Assembly: GCA_963801355.1 (NCBI GenBank)
Contig: CAWDEM010000004.1
Span: 1,472,001-1,536,000, forward strand
Direction of reading: 5' to 3'
Length of the DNA stretch: 64,000 bases
From: Ignavibacteriota bacterium
GTDB taxonomy: Bacteria; Bacteroidota; Ignavibacteria; UBA10030; UBA6906
Under the pieces are notes generated by a model, which saw only the letters and a list, made by a program, of their open reading frames with translations, searched no databases and had not been told where the DNA came from. Shown here in pieces: positions 1-9,102 of the stretch (its first letter is position 1; the number at the start of each line of letters is the position of its first letter). Both the position numbers and the translations under genes were made by a program.

Positions 1-619
1 CACGCCCGCTGTAGTCACCGATACGCGGTACCGATCCGGTATCGATCACCGGACCCATGAGAATGGCGCCTGCGTTCGGATAGCGTGCGATTTGCATCAC
101 CGAATCGTTCCAGAATAGCTCCATCGGGGCGGGCACAACCGGCAGCCCGTGTCCGTACTGTCTGTGCGTGCCAAAATCCCTGATCCCGAGTGCTCGCAGA
201 TCGGCTTCGACAACAAAAGGGCGCGACGACGCCGGGAGGCGTTGCAGCGCTGCAGGGGCTCGTGCCGAACGGAAAGCCGTGACCGGCAGGGGGACGCCTC
301 CGGAAAGGCGCACAGTTTCATTGCCGTATGCCGAGATAACCAGGGGTGCGTCCGGTGTTCCTGCATCAGCCTTTCCGAGCTCAAACGTCCGGACGAGGGC
401 GTACGTGCCTCTCCGTAGCCAGATCGTTGCGGTGTCGCCGTTTGCGATGCCACCCTCCGCTCTGAGCGAACGCACACGGTCCCTGGCGGGTTCCAGTGTC
501 CTAAAGGGCTTGTCGGGTGTTCCCGGATTCTTATCGTTGCCGGCGGGTGAAACATAGAAATCGGCCGCATTCGCCGATGACACCAGGGCACATAATACCA
601 GAGAGAAGAGACTCTTCAT
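1..619 (-). CDS. Secreted right-handed beta-helix protein (GH141-like), 5' part; runs off the window start
   Basis: Not in the ORF track. Manual translation from ATG 619 gives MKSLFSLVLCALVSSANAADFYVSPAGNDKNPGTPDKPFRTLEPARDRVR..IWLRRGTY..ISAYGNETVRLSGG: signal peptide plus the typical N-terminal motif, similar to 40686..42899. Confidence 0.8.
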   Translation of the reverse strand, partial: MKSLFSLVLCALVSSANAADFYVSPAGNDKNPGTPDKPFRTLEPARDRVRSLRAEGGIANGDTATIWLRRGTYALVRTFELGKADAGTPDAPLVISAYGNETVRLSGGVPLPVTAFRSARAPAALQRLPASSRPFVVEADLRALGIRDFGTHRQYGHGLPVVPAPMELFWNDSVMQIARYPNAGAILMGPVIDTGSVPRIGDYSGR

Positions 620-824
620 GATGGTATGTTCTATGGGTGAAGAGAGCTGTGAAGGATGAGAAAAAAGGATAGATGACGATATCAATCTATGATTTGGCCG
701 GCCAATGTCAAAGGTGCGATTTTGGGGATGCGGCTTTGTGTGCGGCTTTATGGCTCTTTCCGCTTGACATTTTCACCGCAATCACTGTTCTTGAATACAT
801 CTCCATGACCATAGTGCCGACCCC

Positions 825-1166
825 GTGACACATGTGCGAAACATAGCGATGATAATGCTTGCGCTCCTCTATCTCGGAGGAGCCTGTGCACAGGCATCCG
901 GAGTGACGTTTCCGCCCACCGGCACCGGCAACAAGGTCTACGCCGACTTCAAGGGGAAGGGGAAGGAACCACCGCGTCTCACGGTCTCCTACCGCCGGCA
1001 CATGCCGTTGGTCAAACCAGTGGTAGTTCCGCCGGCCGTTGCCGTTCTTCAGCCTCAGATCCATCAGCATGAAGAATGTGAGATCGTTCCCGAGCCACGA
1101 TTCTGCCTCACCCCGCACGCCTCGCTTTCGTTCTGCCGCAATGATAGGGCTCCTCCGCGCATCTGA
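825..1166 (+). CDS. Small exported protein with C-terminal RAPP motif (candidate translation arrest peptide)
   Basis: Signal peptide IAMIMLALLYLGGACAQA; ends ..CRNDRAPPRI*. Confidence 0.55.
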   Translation: MTHVRNIAMIMLALLYLGGACAQASGVTFPPTGTGNKVYADFKGKGKEPPRLTVSYRRHMPLVKPVVVPPAVAVLQPQIHQHEECEIVPEPRFCLTPHASLSFCRNDRAPPRI

Positions 1167-1330
1167 CTGCCACGCCGGTCCGGCGTTTCGATCCAGCGCA
1201 ACACATTGTCCTGCCTGCAAGCGTATGATCCCGTCCTTCACCTCATCTGCCGGGACGGGCAGTCGATGGTGCAGGGTACGGGAGGAAACGACCCCTTGCC
1301 CGCAGGCCCAATATGACCGAGGAGTACTTC

Positions 1331-1558
1331 ATGGCACACCGCAGCAAAGCACGTCGTCAATCTGTCGCAGAACCGACCACGCCCGAAGTGAAGATCGAGG
1401 GCCCGATGGTCGCCAAACCGGCAGGCAAACCCGCGCCGGTTCCACAGGCGAATACCAGCGTTGATTCAGGCAGACCGGCATGGCAGGTCATTTTTGTGCT
1501 CTCTGCAATTGGCCTCAGCGTTCTCCTGCTGATTGCCAAGGCGGTCGGTCTGCTGTAG
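1331..1558 (+). CDS. Small membrane protein, single C-terminal TM helix
   Basis: GGAG SD before ATG 1331; hydrophobic C-terminus WQVIFVLSAIGLSVLLLIAKAVGLL. Confidence 0.6.
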   Translation: MAHRSKARRQSVAEPTTPEVKIEGPMVAKPAGKPAPVPQANTSVDSGRPAWQVIFVLSAIGLSVLLLIAKAVGLL

Positions 1559-1615
1559 TGCCGGCAGCTGTTCCACAGCTGTCGATCGCTTGACGTTCTG
1601 GCACTTTCAAAGAAA

Positions 1616-2866
1616 GTGGGTGAGATGACTTCGTCTCACGGTTCGGCGCCCCGGAAGAAACGTCCGCATGGCGTTGCCTCCCGGAAGCGGGCCATCATGT
1701 ATGTCGGGATCGCGGGGATTGCACTGCTTGTCCTGGCGGCGGCCTTCCTCGTGGTGAATCCTGCCAGGGATTCTCCTCCGGCGCGTCTCGCAAAGAGTGA
1801 GGCCGGAGGGGGCAGCCATCAGCCCCTGCCGACGGATCTCTGGCTCCAGCGGGCGTATCTGATTGACCGTCTTTATCATCAGGTCTATACGCCCGGCTGG
1901 GAGGGTGCATATGGGGCAATGGGGGATGCATACCTGTTTGCGGCCACGCACGACTCCGCCCTCCTCCGGTTTCACTTTGTGGAACAACCCCTCACCCGGC
2001 TTTCCAACGGGTACTGGCTGGACGACCGTGCATGGGCATGTCTCGCCCAACTCACATGGTGGGAGATCACCGGCAAGACCAACATGGGGCTGGTCAGCGA
2101 TGCCGCGCAACGGTACAACGACGCGCGTGCGGCAGGAATGCTTTCAAACCACGAAGGATACTGGACCTGGTACAACTACCCGCGTGGCGCGCGGGTGAAC
2201 GATCCCGTGTTTACCAACACGAATATGAACCAGATGGCACAGGTCGCATGCCGCCTGTACGATGCGACGCGCGATGAACGGTATCTTAAGGATGCCCTGC
2301 TGGTGTGGAACGGAGATGCAATCTCTCCGGGCGTTGAGAAGAGGCTGTATCGTGGAAGCGGCCGGTGGCAGGGGAGGGAGGGAAGGGCTGCTTTCGGACG
2401 GGAGCTTCCGTGGGACGGAGCAGGGTACTGTTCACTCGGCGCATCGTTGTACCGGACGACAGGGGATCCCCGGTACAAGAAGATCGTCGTTGAAACAACA
2501 CAGCGGATTCTTTCCCCGGAAGCCGGTTGGGTTGACCCTGTCGATTTCTACCAGCTGCACATGGATGGAAACGGTGCATTCGTTCATTTTCTTATGGATG
2601 CGTACTCGATCGCACCGGCCGAGTTGCATGACGTTCCCGTGAAGGTCGCGAAGATGCTCGAGCACGTCTGGACGAACCACCATGGTGCCGCGCGGGTGCT
2701 CCTTCACCGGGAGGCCGATCACGGTATCCGCAACGGGTGGAATCCGGAGGGCGGAGAAGATGGGTACGGCGTGGACGAAATCGGCACCGTCCACGCTCAG
2801 GGAGAGGCGGTCAGGGCTTTTGGCGTCTTTGCATACTTCAGGAATGCCCCGGTCGCGGGGCGGTAG
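1616..2866 (+). CDS. Membrane-anchored (alpha/alpha)6 glycoside hydrolase, GH76-like
   Basis: N-terminal TM; YWLDDRAW resembles the GH76 catalytic DD pair; helical repeats such as LYDATRDERY and LYRTTGDPRY. Confidence 0.65.
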   Translation: MGEMTSSHGSAPRKKRPHGVASRKRAIMYVGIAGIALLVLAAAFLVVNPARDSPPARLAKSEAGGGSHQPLPTDLWLQRAYLIDRLYHQVYTPGWEGAYGAMGDAYLFAATHDSALLRFHFVEQPLTRLSNGYWLDDRAWACLAQLTWWEITGKTNMGLVSDAAQRYNDARAAGMLSNHEGYWTWYNYPRGARVNDPVFTNTNMNQMAQVACRLYDATRDERYLKDALLVWNGDAISPGVEKRLYRGSGRWQGREGRAAFGRELPWDGAGYCSLGASLYRTTGDPRYKKIVVETTQRILSPEAGWVDPVDFYQLHMDGNGAFVHFLMDAYSIAPAELHDVPVKVAKMLEHVWTNHHGAARVLLHREADHGIRNGWNPEGGEDGYGVDEIGTVHAQGEAVRAFGVFAYFRNAPVAGR

Positions 2867-2869
2867 TCT

Positions 2870-4687
2870 TCACCGGCTGCTGTCCATGGAACAGAGAATA
2901 TCCCCTTTATAGCTCAGCAGCTTTATCTGGTGATCGATCGATTGCAGCCGGGCTTCGGCGAGGCAAACCTTCACCCGGAAGGATCCGGCCGAGTTAACCA
3001 CACTCATGGACTCCGGCGGAATGGTGTCGGAGCCCACACTGTCACGATCTGACAACACGGTTCGTGCGAAACGCCCAATATCGATCCTCGCGGAATCCAG
3101 GGGTATCCCGTCTCGTGTAAACGTGACGGTCAGCGTATCCAGGCTTGCACTCACCCGGTAGCTGAAGTGCTCGCAACGGTATGTCCGGCCGGTTTTTTCC
3201 GCGTTAATGTTCTGTGACCGCATCATGTAGTCGTAGCCGCGAATATCAAAAGCCTTATCTCTATCTGCCGTCAGGAGAGTAACGCCGCCGGGCAGTTCCC
3301 GGGCCCGCGTGTACTGAATCCCCAACAGAGCCGCAACATCTTCCGCGCTCTTGTACCTCACACCCGCCTTCGTCGTATCTTCCCTCAGGGCTTCGTTGTA
3401 CCAGGGTTGGATTGCATCGTATCCATGAATATCATGGAGATAGGAGAGGATGGCGCTGATTTCCCGTGTGTCGGATGCCTGGAGAATGCCGGCCGACTTC
3501 ACAGCTTTCCCGCCGGCGAACATGGCATTTTTCTGTAAGAGTGCCTCAAGGCGACTGACCTGGCTATGTTCCGCGACTGCGAAGACGCTCCAGGGTCCGA
3601 ACGTCACCAGTATGGTGCCCAGGAACAGCGATGCCGGTATGAACTTGATGTTTTTCCGGGGGAGGGCGAGAAAATAGAAAACCACGACGGCCAGCCACAC
3701 ACCAAGGGCAACGGCAAGATATCGCCCTTCCGTGACGCCATATTCGGAGACCCTTCGCCAGACCGCGAGGAAGAGCATGACGATGACGGGGATCAACGCA
3801 ACGTAGAACCATCGTGTCATCGTGCGGATCCAGAGATTCTCCGTCCGGCCGCTGAGAGGGTGCAACAGCATCAGACATAGTATTCCGGTGCCGGAAAATC
3901 CCAGTATAAGTTTGCTGACCCACCCCTCCGGCCACTCCCACGAAATGAGAATCTTGCCGAGGTAGGCGTAGAGAATCACCAGGTAGATGAGAACGATGGG
4001 CAGCAGAATGTGCTGTGCAAAGACTCTGAGCCCTTTGGGATAGTCCGATGAAGCACTGAATGATTCCCTCTCTTCGGGGATACCGGTCAGGAAGAACCAT
4101 GTGGTGAACATCCCGTTCACCAGAATGAAGAGCTGCGGGTAGCGTCTGCCGGGAATCTGCATGCCGAAGAGGTTGTCCAGGGCGGCCAGGGCGAATGCCA
4201 GACCGGCGAACACCACCTGGGCAAAGAGTGCCGAGATGAAGATCCTCAGAAAGAGCGTCTTATTGTACTGCCAGAACGCGTTGATATCCCGGTCGGCGAT
4301 GAAGGGGGCGAATGAGACAAACAGGTGTGCGGCGAAGGCCAGTAGAAGCAGCCGGATCGCGTGTATCGCGGGTGCCTCGCCGAGGTCGGAAGGGACCGTG
4401 CAGGCGTATGCGGCGACAATGAGTACTGCAGCGATCTTTATGCCCCATTCTCCACCACGGCCCCAATTCCGTTTCTCGACCGCGAGCGTGACTCCGGTGA
4501 GAATGGAGATTCCGAGAATGCCCCCGAAAAGCATACTCCAGAAAACTGTTGGTTGTGCCGGTCCTTCATGATCCAGGAGAATTACTGCCGAAGCGGTTCC
4601 TATCATGGCGCTGAGAAGCGGGAGAGGAAAGCGGGCGAACGTCTCTGCTGCATCGTGCGCGATATTTTGCATTGACGGGAGTCTCAT
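2870..4687 (-). CDS. DUF4153-family multi-pass membrane protein
   Basis: About 12 TM segments; LIYLVILYAYLGKI..WEWPEG and RRVSEYGVTEGRY motifs; start chosen at MRLPSMQ. Confidence 0.8.
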   Translation of the reverse strand: MRLPSMQNIAHDAAETFARFPLPLLSAMIGTASAVILLDHEGPAQPTVFWSMLFGGILGISILTGVTLAVEKRNWGRGGEWGIKIAAVLIVAAYACTVPSDLGEAPAIHAIRLLLLAFAAHLFVSFAPFIADRDINAFWQYNKTLFLRIFISALFAQVVFAGLAFALAALDNLFGMQIPGRRYPQLFILVNGMFTTWFFLTGIPEERESFSASSDYPKGLRVFAQHILLPIVLIYLVILYAYLGKILISWEWPEGWVSKLILGFSGTGILCLMLLHPLSGRTENLWIRTMTRWFYVALIPVIVMLFLAVWRRVSEYGVTEGRYLAVALGVWLAVVVFYFLALPRKNIKFIPASLFLGTILVTFGPWSVFAVAEHSQVSRLEALLQKNAMFAGGKAVKSAGILQASDTREISAILSYLHDIHGYDAIQPWYNEALREDTTKAGVRYKSAEDVAALLGIQYTRARELPGGVTLLTADRDKAFDIRGYDYMMRSQNINAEKTGRTYRCEHFSYRVSASLDTLTVTFTRDGIPLDSARIDIGRFARTVLSDRDSVGSDTIPPESMSVVNSAGSFRVKVCLAEARLQSIDHQIKLLSYKGDILCSMDSSR

Positions 4688-4847
4688 GGTGTGCCTCTGC
4701 TGAGAGAAGTTGCTGACCTTCAGAGCCCGGGGATATTCGGAATATGGCAAAGAATTCTCACAAAAGGGGAAAAGATTAGGAAACGAATTGAAAATTGTTC
4801 ATCTTATGCTGTGAGTTAAGCATGTCCCATACGCAGGATTAAATCGC

Positions 4848-5144
4848 ATGAATCTCTTTGTTGGGAACCTCAGCCGCGACGTGACGGAAGTGGAACTTCG
4901 TGAGCTTTTTGAGCCCTTTGGAAAACTCGCCTCTGTCAGCATTGTCAAGGACAAATTCTCGGGTGTTTCAAAGGGATTTGCCTTCGTAGAGATGCCCGTG
5001 AAAGAAGAGGCCGAGGCGGCCATCGCAGGGTTGTACAGAAAGCAGCTCAAGGGACAATCCATGGATGTTACAGAAGCCCGGCCGCGCGAGGCAAGAAAAT
5101 CGGGTCCCGGTGGGCGCGGCGGCGGAAAGCGCCGTTCATGGTAG
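4848..5144 (+). CDS. RRM RNA-binding protein
   Basis: RNP2 LFVGNL, RNP1 KGFAFVEM, Gly/Arg-rich tail. Confidence 0.95.
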   Translation: MNLFVGNLSRDVTEVELRELFEPFGKLASVSIVKDKFSGVSKGFAFVEMPVKEEAEAAIAGLYRKQLKGQSMDVTEARPREARKSGPGGRGGGKRRSW

Positions 5145-5490
5145 AGGGAAGATTGCCGTGAAGGGAAGAGATCGCGATTTCATTAGGAAGTGATCGGCGA
5201 AATCACTATCATGAAGTGTTGATGATGATGCGTCAGGTTCTGTCGGGACTGAAACAGTAGACCGCTATCCGTTATTCCCCCGGGTACCGCTCCTCCGAAG
5301 TTTATCGACACAACACTCGCCTCCAGTTCTACCAGCGCGTTCAGCTGTATTGTAGACCATCACCTGGGCCCCCGGGGTTCTTGAGCCCGCGTCCGGCGTT
5401 TCTCCATTGTGTCAAACGTCCAGCGTCTGCTCCCCTGCCTCCGGATTGCCCGAGCAGTTCATTGTTGTATCATATTTCACAAAGGTTTTT

Positions 5491-6825
5491 ATGAGTTTTA
5501 CATCTTTTGGTCTTTCTGACAGGATTTTGGACGCAGTTCACGCGGTCGGGTATACGACACCGACGCCCATCCAAACGCTCGCCATTCATCCGGCGCTGGC
5601 GGGGAAGGATCTTATCGCTAGTGCACAGACAGGCACCGGAAAGACCGCGGCATTTGTATTGCCGCTCTTGCACCGGCTCGCCGCCGGTGTTACGCAGCAC
5701 GGTCACCAACGTGATCCCCGCGCACTCGTGCTCACGCCCACGCGCGAACTTGCGCAGCAAGTCCAGCAGGCAGTGGCCGACTACGGCCGCTTCCTCTCTT
5801 TGCGGGCGCTTTCCGTGTATGGTGGCGTGAGCATTGACGCCCAGCTCAAGCAGCTCCGGATTGGAGCGGATATTGTGGTTGCCACCCCCGGTCGTTTGCT
5901 GGATCACATGCAGCGCGGTTCCGTCGACCTCTCGCAGGTGGAAGTTCTCGTCCTTGACGAGGCGGACCGGATGCTGGATATGGGTTTCATCAAGGACATC
6001 CGGAAAATTGTGGGTGCGATACCCAAGAAACGGCAGACGCTGCTCTTCTCGGCCACGATTTCTTCTGATATCGCGTCGATGGCGGCCAGCATTCTGCATG
6101 ATCCTCAAACCGTGGAAGCAGACAGGCAGGGGAATCCCGTGGCAGCGATCGAGCAACACTTCTATGCAGTCCCGAAGGAGTCGAAGACGGACCTTCTCGT
6201 CCATGCGCTCAAGCAGGAAAACATGGAAAGCGTGCTGGTGTTCTCGCGGACCAAGCATGGTGCGGACAAGATCACCCGCCGGCTGAGTCAGCGCGGTGTT
6301 GCAGCCGTGGCCATTCATTCCGATCGCACGCAGGGGCAGCGAGAGCGTGCGCTGGAAGGCTTTCGCCGCGGGCAGGTCCGGGTGCTTGTGGCAACGGACA
6401 TCGCAGCACGCGGCATCGACGTCACCGGGATCTCGCACGTCATCAACTTCGACGTCCCCCCGTATCCCGAAGACTACATCCACCGCATCGGCCGCACCGG
6501 CCGTGCCGGGGCAACCGGCTCTGCGCTGACGTTTGTCGGCAACGAGGAGCAGGACTACCTTCGCAAGATTGAACGGTTCACCGGACGCCGGTGTACGTTG
6601 AAGCAGTATCCCGGAGTGCCCGCGGCGGTTGCCGCACCGGCCGCGCCGGGTGAACGACCCGCGATGCCGGATCGTGCACGGCCGAAGTACCGCCCGCAGA
6701 TCGGCCGTCATGCACGTCCTCAACGCAAGAATGCGCCGGAAATGACCGCGCGGAAGAAGAAGCCGATCCACAAGATGGAGTCATACTCATCCTCCGCGGG
6801 CGAGCAGCGCTGGTCAAACCACTGA
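5491..6825 (+). CDS. rhlE: DEAD-box RNA helicase, RhlE-like
   Basis: Q motif, AQTGTGKT, PTRELA, DEAD, SAT, HRIGRTGR. Confidence 0.92.
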   Translation: MSFTSFGLSDRILDAVHAVGYTTPTPIQTLAIHPALAGKDLIASAQTGTGKTAAFVLPLLHRLAAGVTQHGHQRDPRALVLTPTRELAQQVQQAVADYGRFLSLRALSVYGGVSIDAQLKQLRIGADIVVATPGRLLDHMQRGSVDLSQVEVLVLDEADRMLDMGFIKDIRKIVGAIPKKRQTLLFSATISSDIASMAASILHDPQTVEADRQGNPVAAIEQHFYAVPKESKTDLLVHALKQENMESVLVFSRTKHGADKITRRLSQRGVAAVAIHSDRTQGQRERALEGFRRGQVRVLVATDIAARGIDVTGISHVINFDVPPYPEDYIHRIGRTGRAGATGSALTFVGNEEQDYLRKIERFTGRRCTLKQYPGVPAAVAAPAAPGERPAMPDRARPKYRPQIGRHARPQRKNAPEMTARKKKPIHKMESYSSSAGEQRWSNH

Positions 6826-6938
6826 AATACGCCCCGCGGCGGCAGTCCGCACGCGGGGATATGTTGGTTGTTACGGCGGGAATTCGTATTTTACTTTGAT
6901 TTGTACGCATGCACAATCTCATACCTGGAGGTAGTATC

Positions 6939-7631
6939 ATGAATGTATACTGGGCCGCCGCCCTCGTGGTCGGACTTGCCGGATGCCAGAGCACAAGCGA
7001 GAAGCAGGTGAAACTCGAGACGCAGACTGACAAAGTCAGCTACAGCATCGGGCTGAACATAGGTCAAAATATGAAACGGGATTCCATCAAGATCAACCCG
7101 GATGTGCTGGTACGTGGCATCATGGACGCCTCGTTGGACAGTGCCAGCCGTCTCATGACGGACTCGCAGATGCAGGAAACCATGACTGCCTTCCAGAAGG
7201 ACATGCAGATGAAACAACAGGAGAATGCCCGGCTGGCCGGAGAAAAGAACCGTGTTGAAGGTGAGGCCTATCTGACCGCCAACAGCAAGAAGGAAGGCGT
7301 CATCACGCTGCCGAGCGGATTGCAGTACCGCATCCTGACAAAGGGGACCGGCAAAAAGCCGTCGGCAACCTCAACGGTGACGACGCACTACGTGGGCAAG
7401 CTGATCAACGGGACGGAATTCGACAGCTCGGTGAAGCGGGGAGAACCCGCGACATTCCCGGTGAACGGTGTTATCAGAGGATGGACCGAAGCCCTGCAGA
7501 TGATGCCGGTGGGTTCGAAATGGGAGCTCGTGATACCCCCGTCGCTGGGTTACGGCGACCAGGGGGCGGGCGGCGTCATTCCGCCCAGCGCGGTTCTGGT
7601 GTTCGAAGTGGAGCTGCTGGCAATCAAGTAG
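6939..7631 (+). CDS. FKBP-type peptidyl-prolyl isomerase (FklB/FkpA-like), probable lipoprotein
   Basis: GGAGG SD; lipobox LAGC; KVSYSIG, LPSGLQY, FDSS, VIRGWTEAL, LVFEVELL. Confidence 0.95.
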   Translation: MNVYWAAALVVGLAGCQSTSEKQVKLETQTDKVSYSIGLNIGQNMKRDSIKINPDVLVRGIMDASLDSASRLMTDSQMQETMTAFQKDMQMKQQENARLAGEKNRVEGEAYLTANSKKEGVITLPSGLQYRILTKGTGKKPSATSTVTTHYVGKLINGTEFDSSVKRGEPATFPVNGVIRGWTEALQMMPVGSKWELVIPPSLGYGDQGAGGVIPPSAVLVFEVELLAIK

Positions 7632-7665
7632 TGCCCCGGTTGTCCGGTGCAAGCGCAGGCATACG

Positions 7666-7710
7666 ATTGCCCATGATCCCCTCGGTACGGATCATGGGCA
7701 ATATTTTTTT
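7666..7710 (+). terminator. Rho-independent terminator
   Basis: 14-bp stem ATTGCCCATGATCC/GGATCATGGGCAAT followed by a T7 tract; lies between convergent genes. Confidence 0.9.
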
Positions 7711-7719
7711 GTGCCCCGA

Positions 7720-9102
7720 CTATCTTCTGTACCGCGAAATGAACTCCTCGACCTCCGGTATTCCTCCCTGGAAAATCAAGTAGCCGTTACTCGGCTCGCG
7801 CTCGGTGATCTCCCCGGCGATCGGGGTCATCATGATTTCCCGCACCTTCTGTACGTCATGAGTTTGTCCCAGTGCCCATCCCAGTTTGACGTAGGCAACC
7901 TCGGGCAGCATGTTCGCCCCGGGGACGACCCCTAATTCCATCATGTCGCGGCCGGTATCGTACACATACATCTGTACATACCCCCAGAGCGTTTGCACGG
8001 TCATATACACCGCAATCCCCTTCTCACGCGCGCGTTTCAACGACGGGTAGAGCGGCTTGTTGACATGTCCGAGGCCGGTGCCGGCGATAATGATGCCGCG
8101 GTAGTCATTATCGATCAGGGATTCGATGATATCCGGCTTCATGTTCGGATAGTAGTACACAATGCTGACCTTCTCTTCGAAGGCGGTGTTGACCACAACG
8201 TGCCGGTCTCTCCGGCGGCGTTTGTAGTCTCCCCGGAGAGGAGTAATCTTCTCGCGGCTGACCATTGCCAGGGGGATGTCACCGATGGTGCGAAATGTGG
8301 AACGATAACTCGAGTGCATTTTCCGGACCCGTGTACCACGGTGGAGAAGCCCGTAGTCGTCGGAGGTGGGTCCGAACATGCACACCATCGTTTCGGCGAT
8401 GTCGCTCTCGGCGGCGGTTTTCACGCTGTGCATCAGGTTCAGCGCGGCGTCCGACGACGGCCGGTCACTTGAACGTTGTGAGCCGACCATCACGATCGGC
8501 ACAGGCGACTCCTGCACCATGAAGGAGAGAATCGCCGCGGTGTGATGCATGGTGTCGGTACCGTGCCCGATGACGATGCCCTGAACTCCCTTTTCGATCT
8601 CCCGACCGATCGCCTGCGCTGTCCCGATCCATTGCTCGGGCCCCATGTTCTCGCTGAAAACTCCGTACAGCTTTTCGGTTTCGAGATTGCAGAGATCGGC
8701 GAGTTCGGGCACAGAGCCGTAGAGTTCTCCCGGTGAAAAGGCAGGGATGACCGCGCCCGTCCGATAATCCAGACGGCTCGCGATGGTCCCCCCCGTGCCA
8801 AGCAATTTCACGCGCGGCTTCTTGGGATCATACGGGAATTCCTTCTCGGGGATTTTGTAGTGGGCTTCCTTGCGCCCATGAACTGCGATGGCCTGCACGC
8901 TCCGTGCTGCGATACCGACATTGTACCCGCTCCGCAGTTTCAGCACGATGTGGTTCGCATCGGCAGTTTCCGAACGGGGGAGAACAATTCCCGTGAAAGA
9001 TCCGCGATCGGTCCGCACTTCTACGTCGCTCCAGACCTGGGCATTGTACTCCGTCAACGTGCTGAGGGCTTCACCGCGGTAGCCACGATAGTTGTCGTTC
9101 AT
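7720..9102 (-). CDS. gatD: Glu-tRNA(Gln) amidotransferase subunit D (archaeal-type)
   Basis: GatD N-domain (LKLRSGYNVGI) plus type I asparaginase motifs TGGTIASRLDYRTGAV, HGTDTM, SQRSSDRPSSD, RKMHSS, MLPEVAYVKL; ATGA overlap with gatE. Confidence 0.92.
   Translation of the reverse strand: MNDNYRGYRGEALSTLTEYNAQVWSDVEVRTDRGSFTGIVLPRSETADANHIVLKLRSGYNVGIAARSVQAIAVHGRKEAHYKIPEKEFPYDPKKPRVKLLGTGGTIASRLDYRTGAVIPAFSPGELYGSVPELADLCNLETEKLYGVFSENMGPEQWIGTAQAIGREIEKGVQGIVIGHGTDTMHHTAAILSFMVQESPVPIVMVGSQRSSDRPSSDAALNLMHSVKTAAESDIAETMVCMFGPTSDDYGLLHRGTRVRKMHSSYRSTFRTIGDIPLAMVSREKITPLRGDYKRRRRDRHVVVNTAFEEKVSIVYYYPNMKPDIIESLIDNDYRGIIIAGTGLGHVNKPLYPSLKRAREKGIAVYMTVQTLWGYVQMYVYDTGRDMMELGVVPGANMLPEVAYVKLGWALGQTHDVQKVREIMMTPIAGEITEREPSNGYLIFQGGIPEVEEFISRYRR

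Noticed and set aside
97-591. ORF-track calls at the window start
   Set aside because: The real gene is the minus-strand frame starting at 619, which has no stop inside the window
5470-6771. 433-aa antisense ORF over rhlE
   Set aside because: Shadow frame of a conserved GC-rich gene; no recognisable motifs
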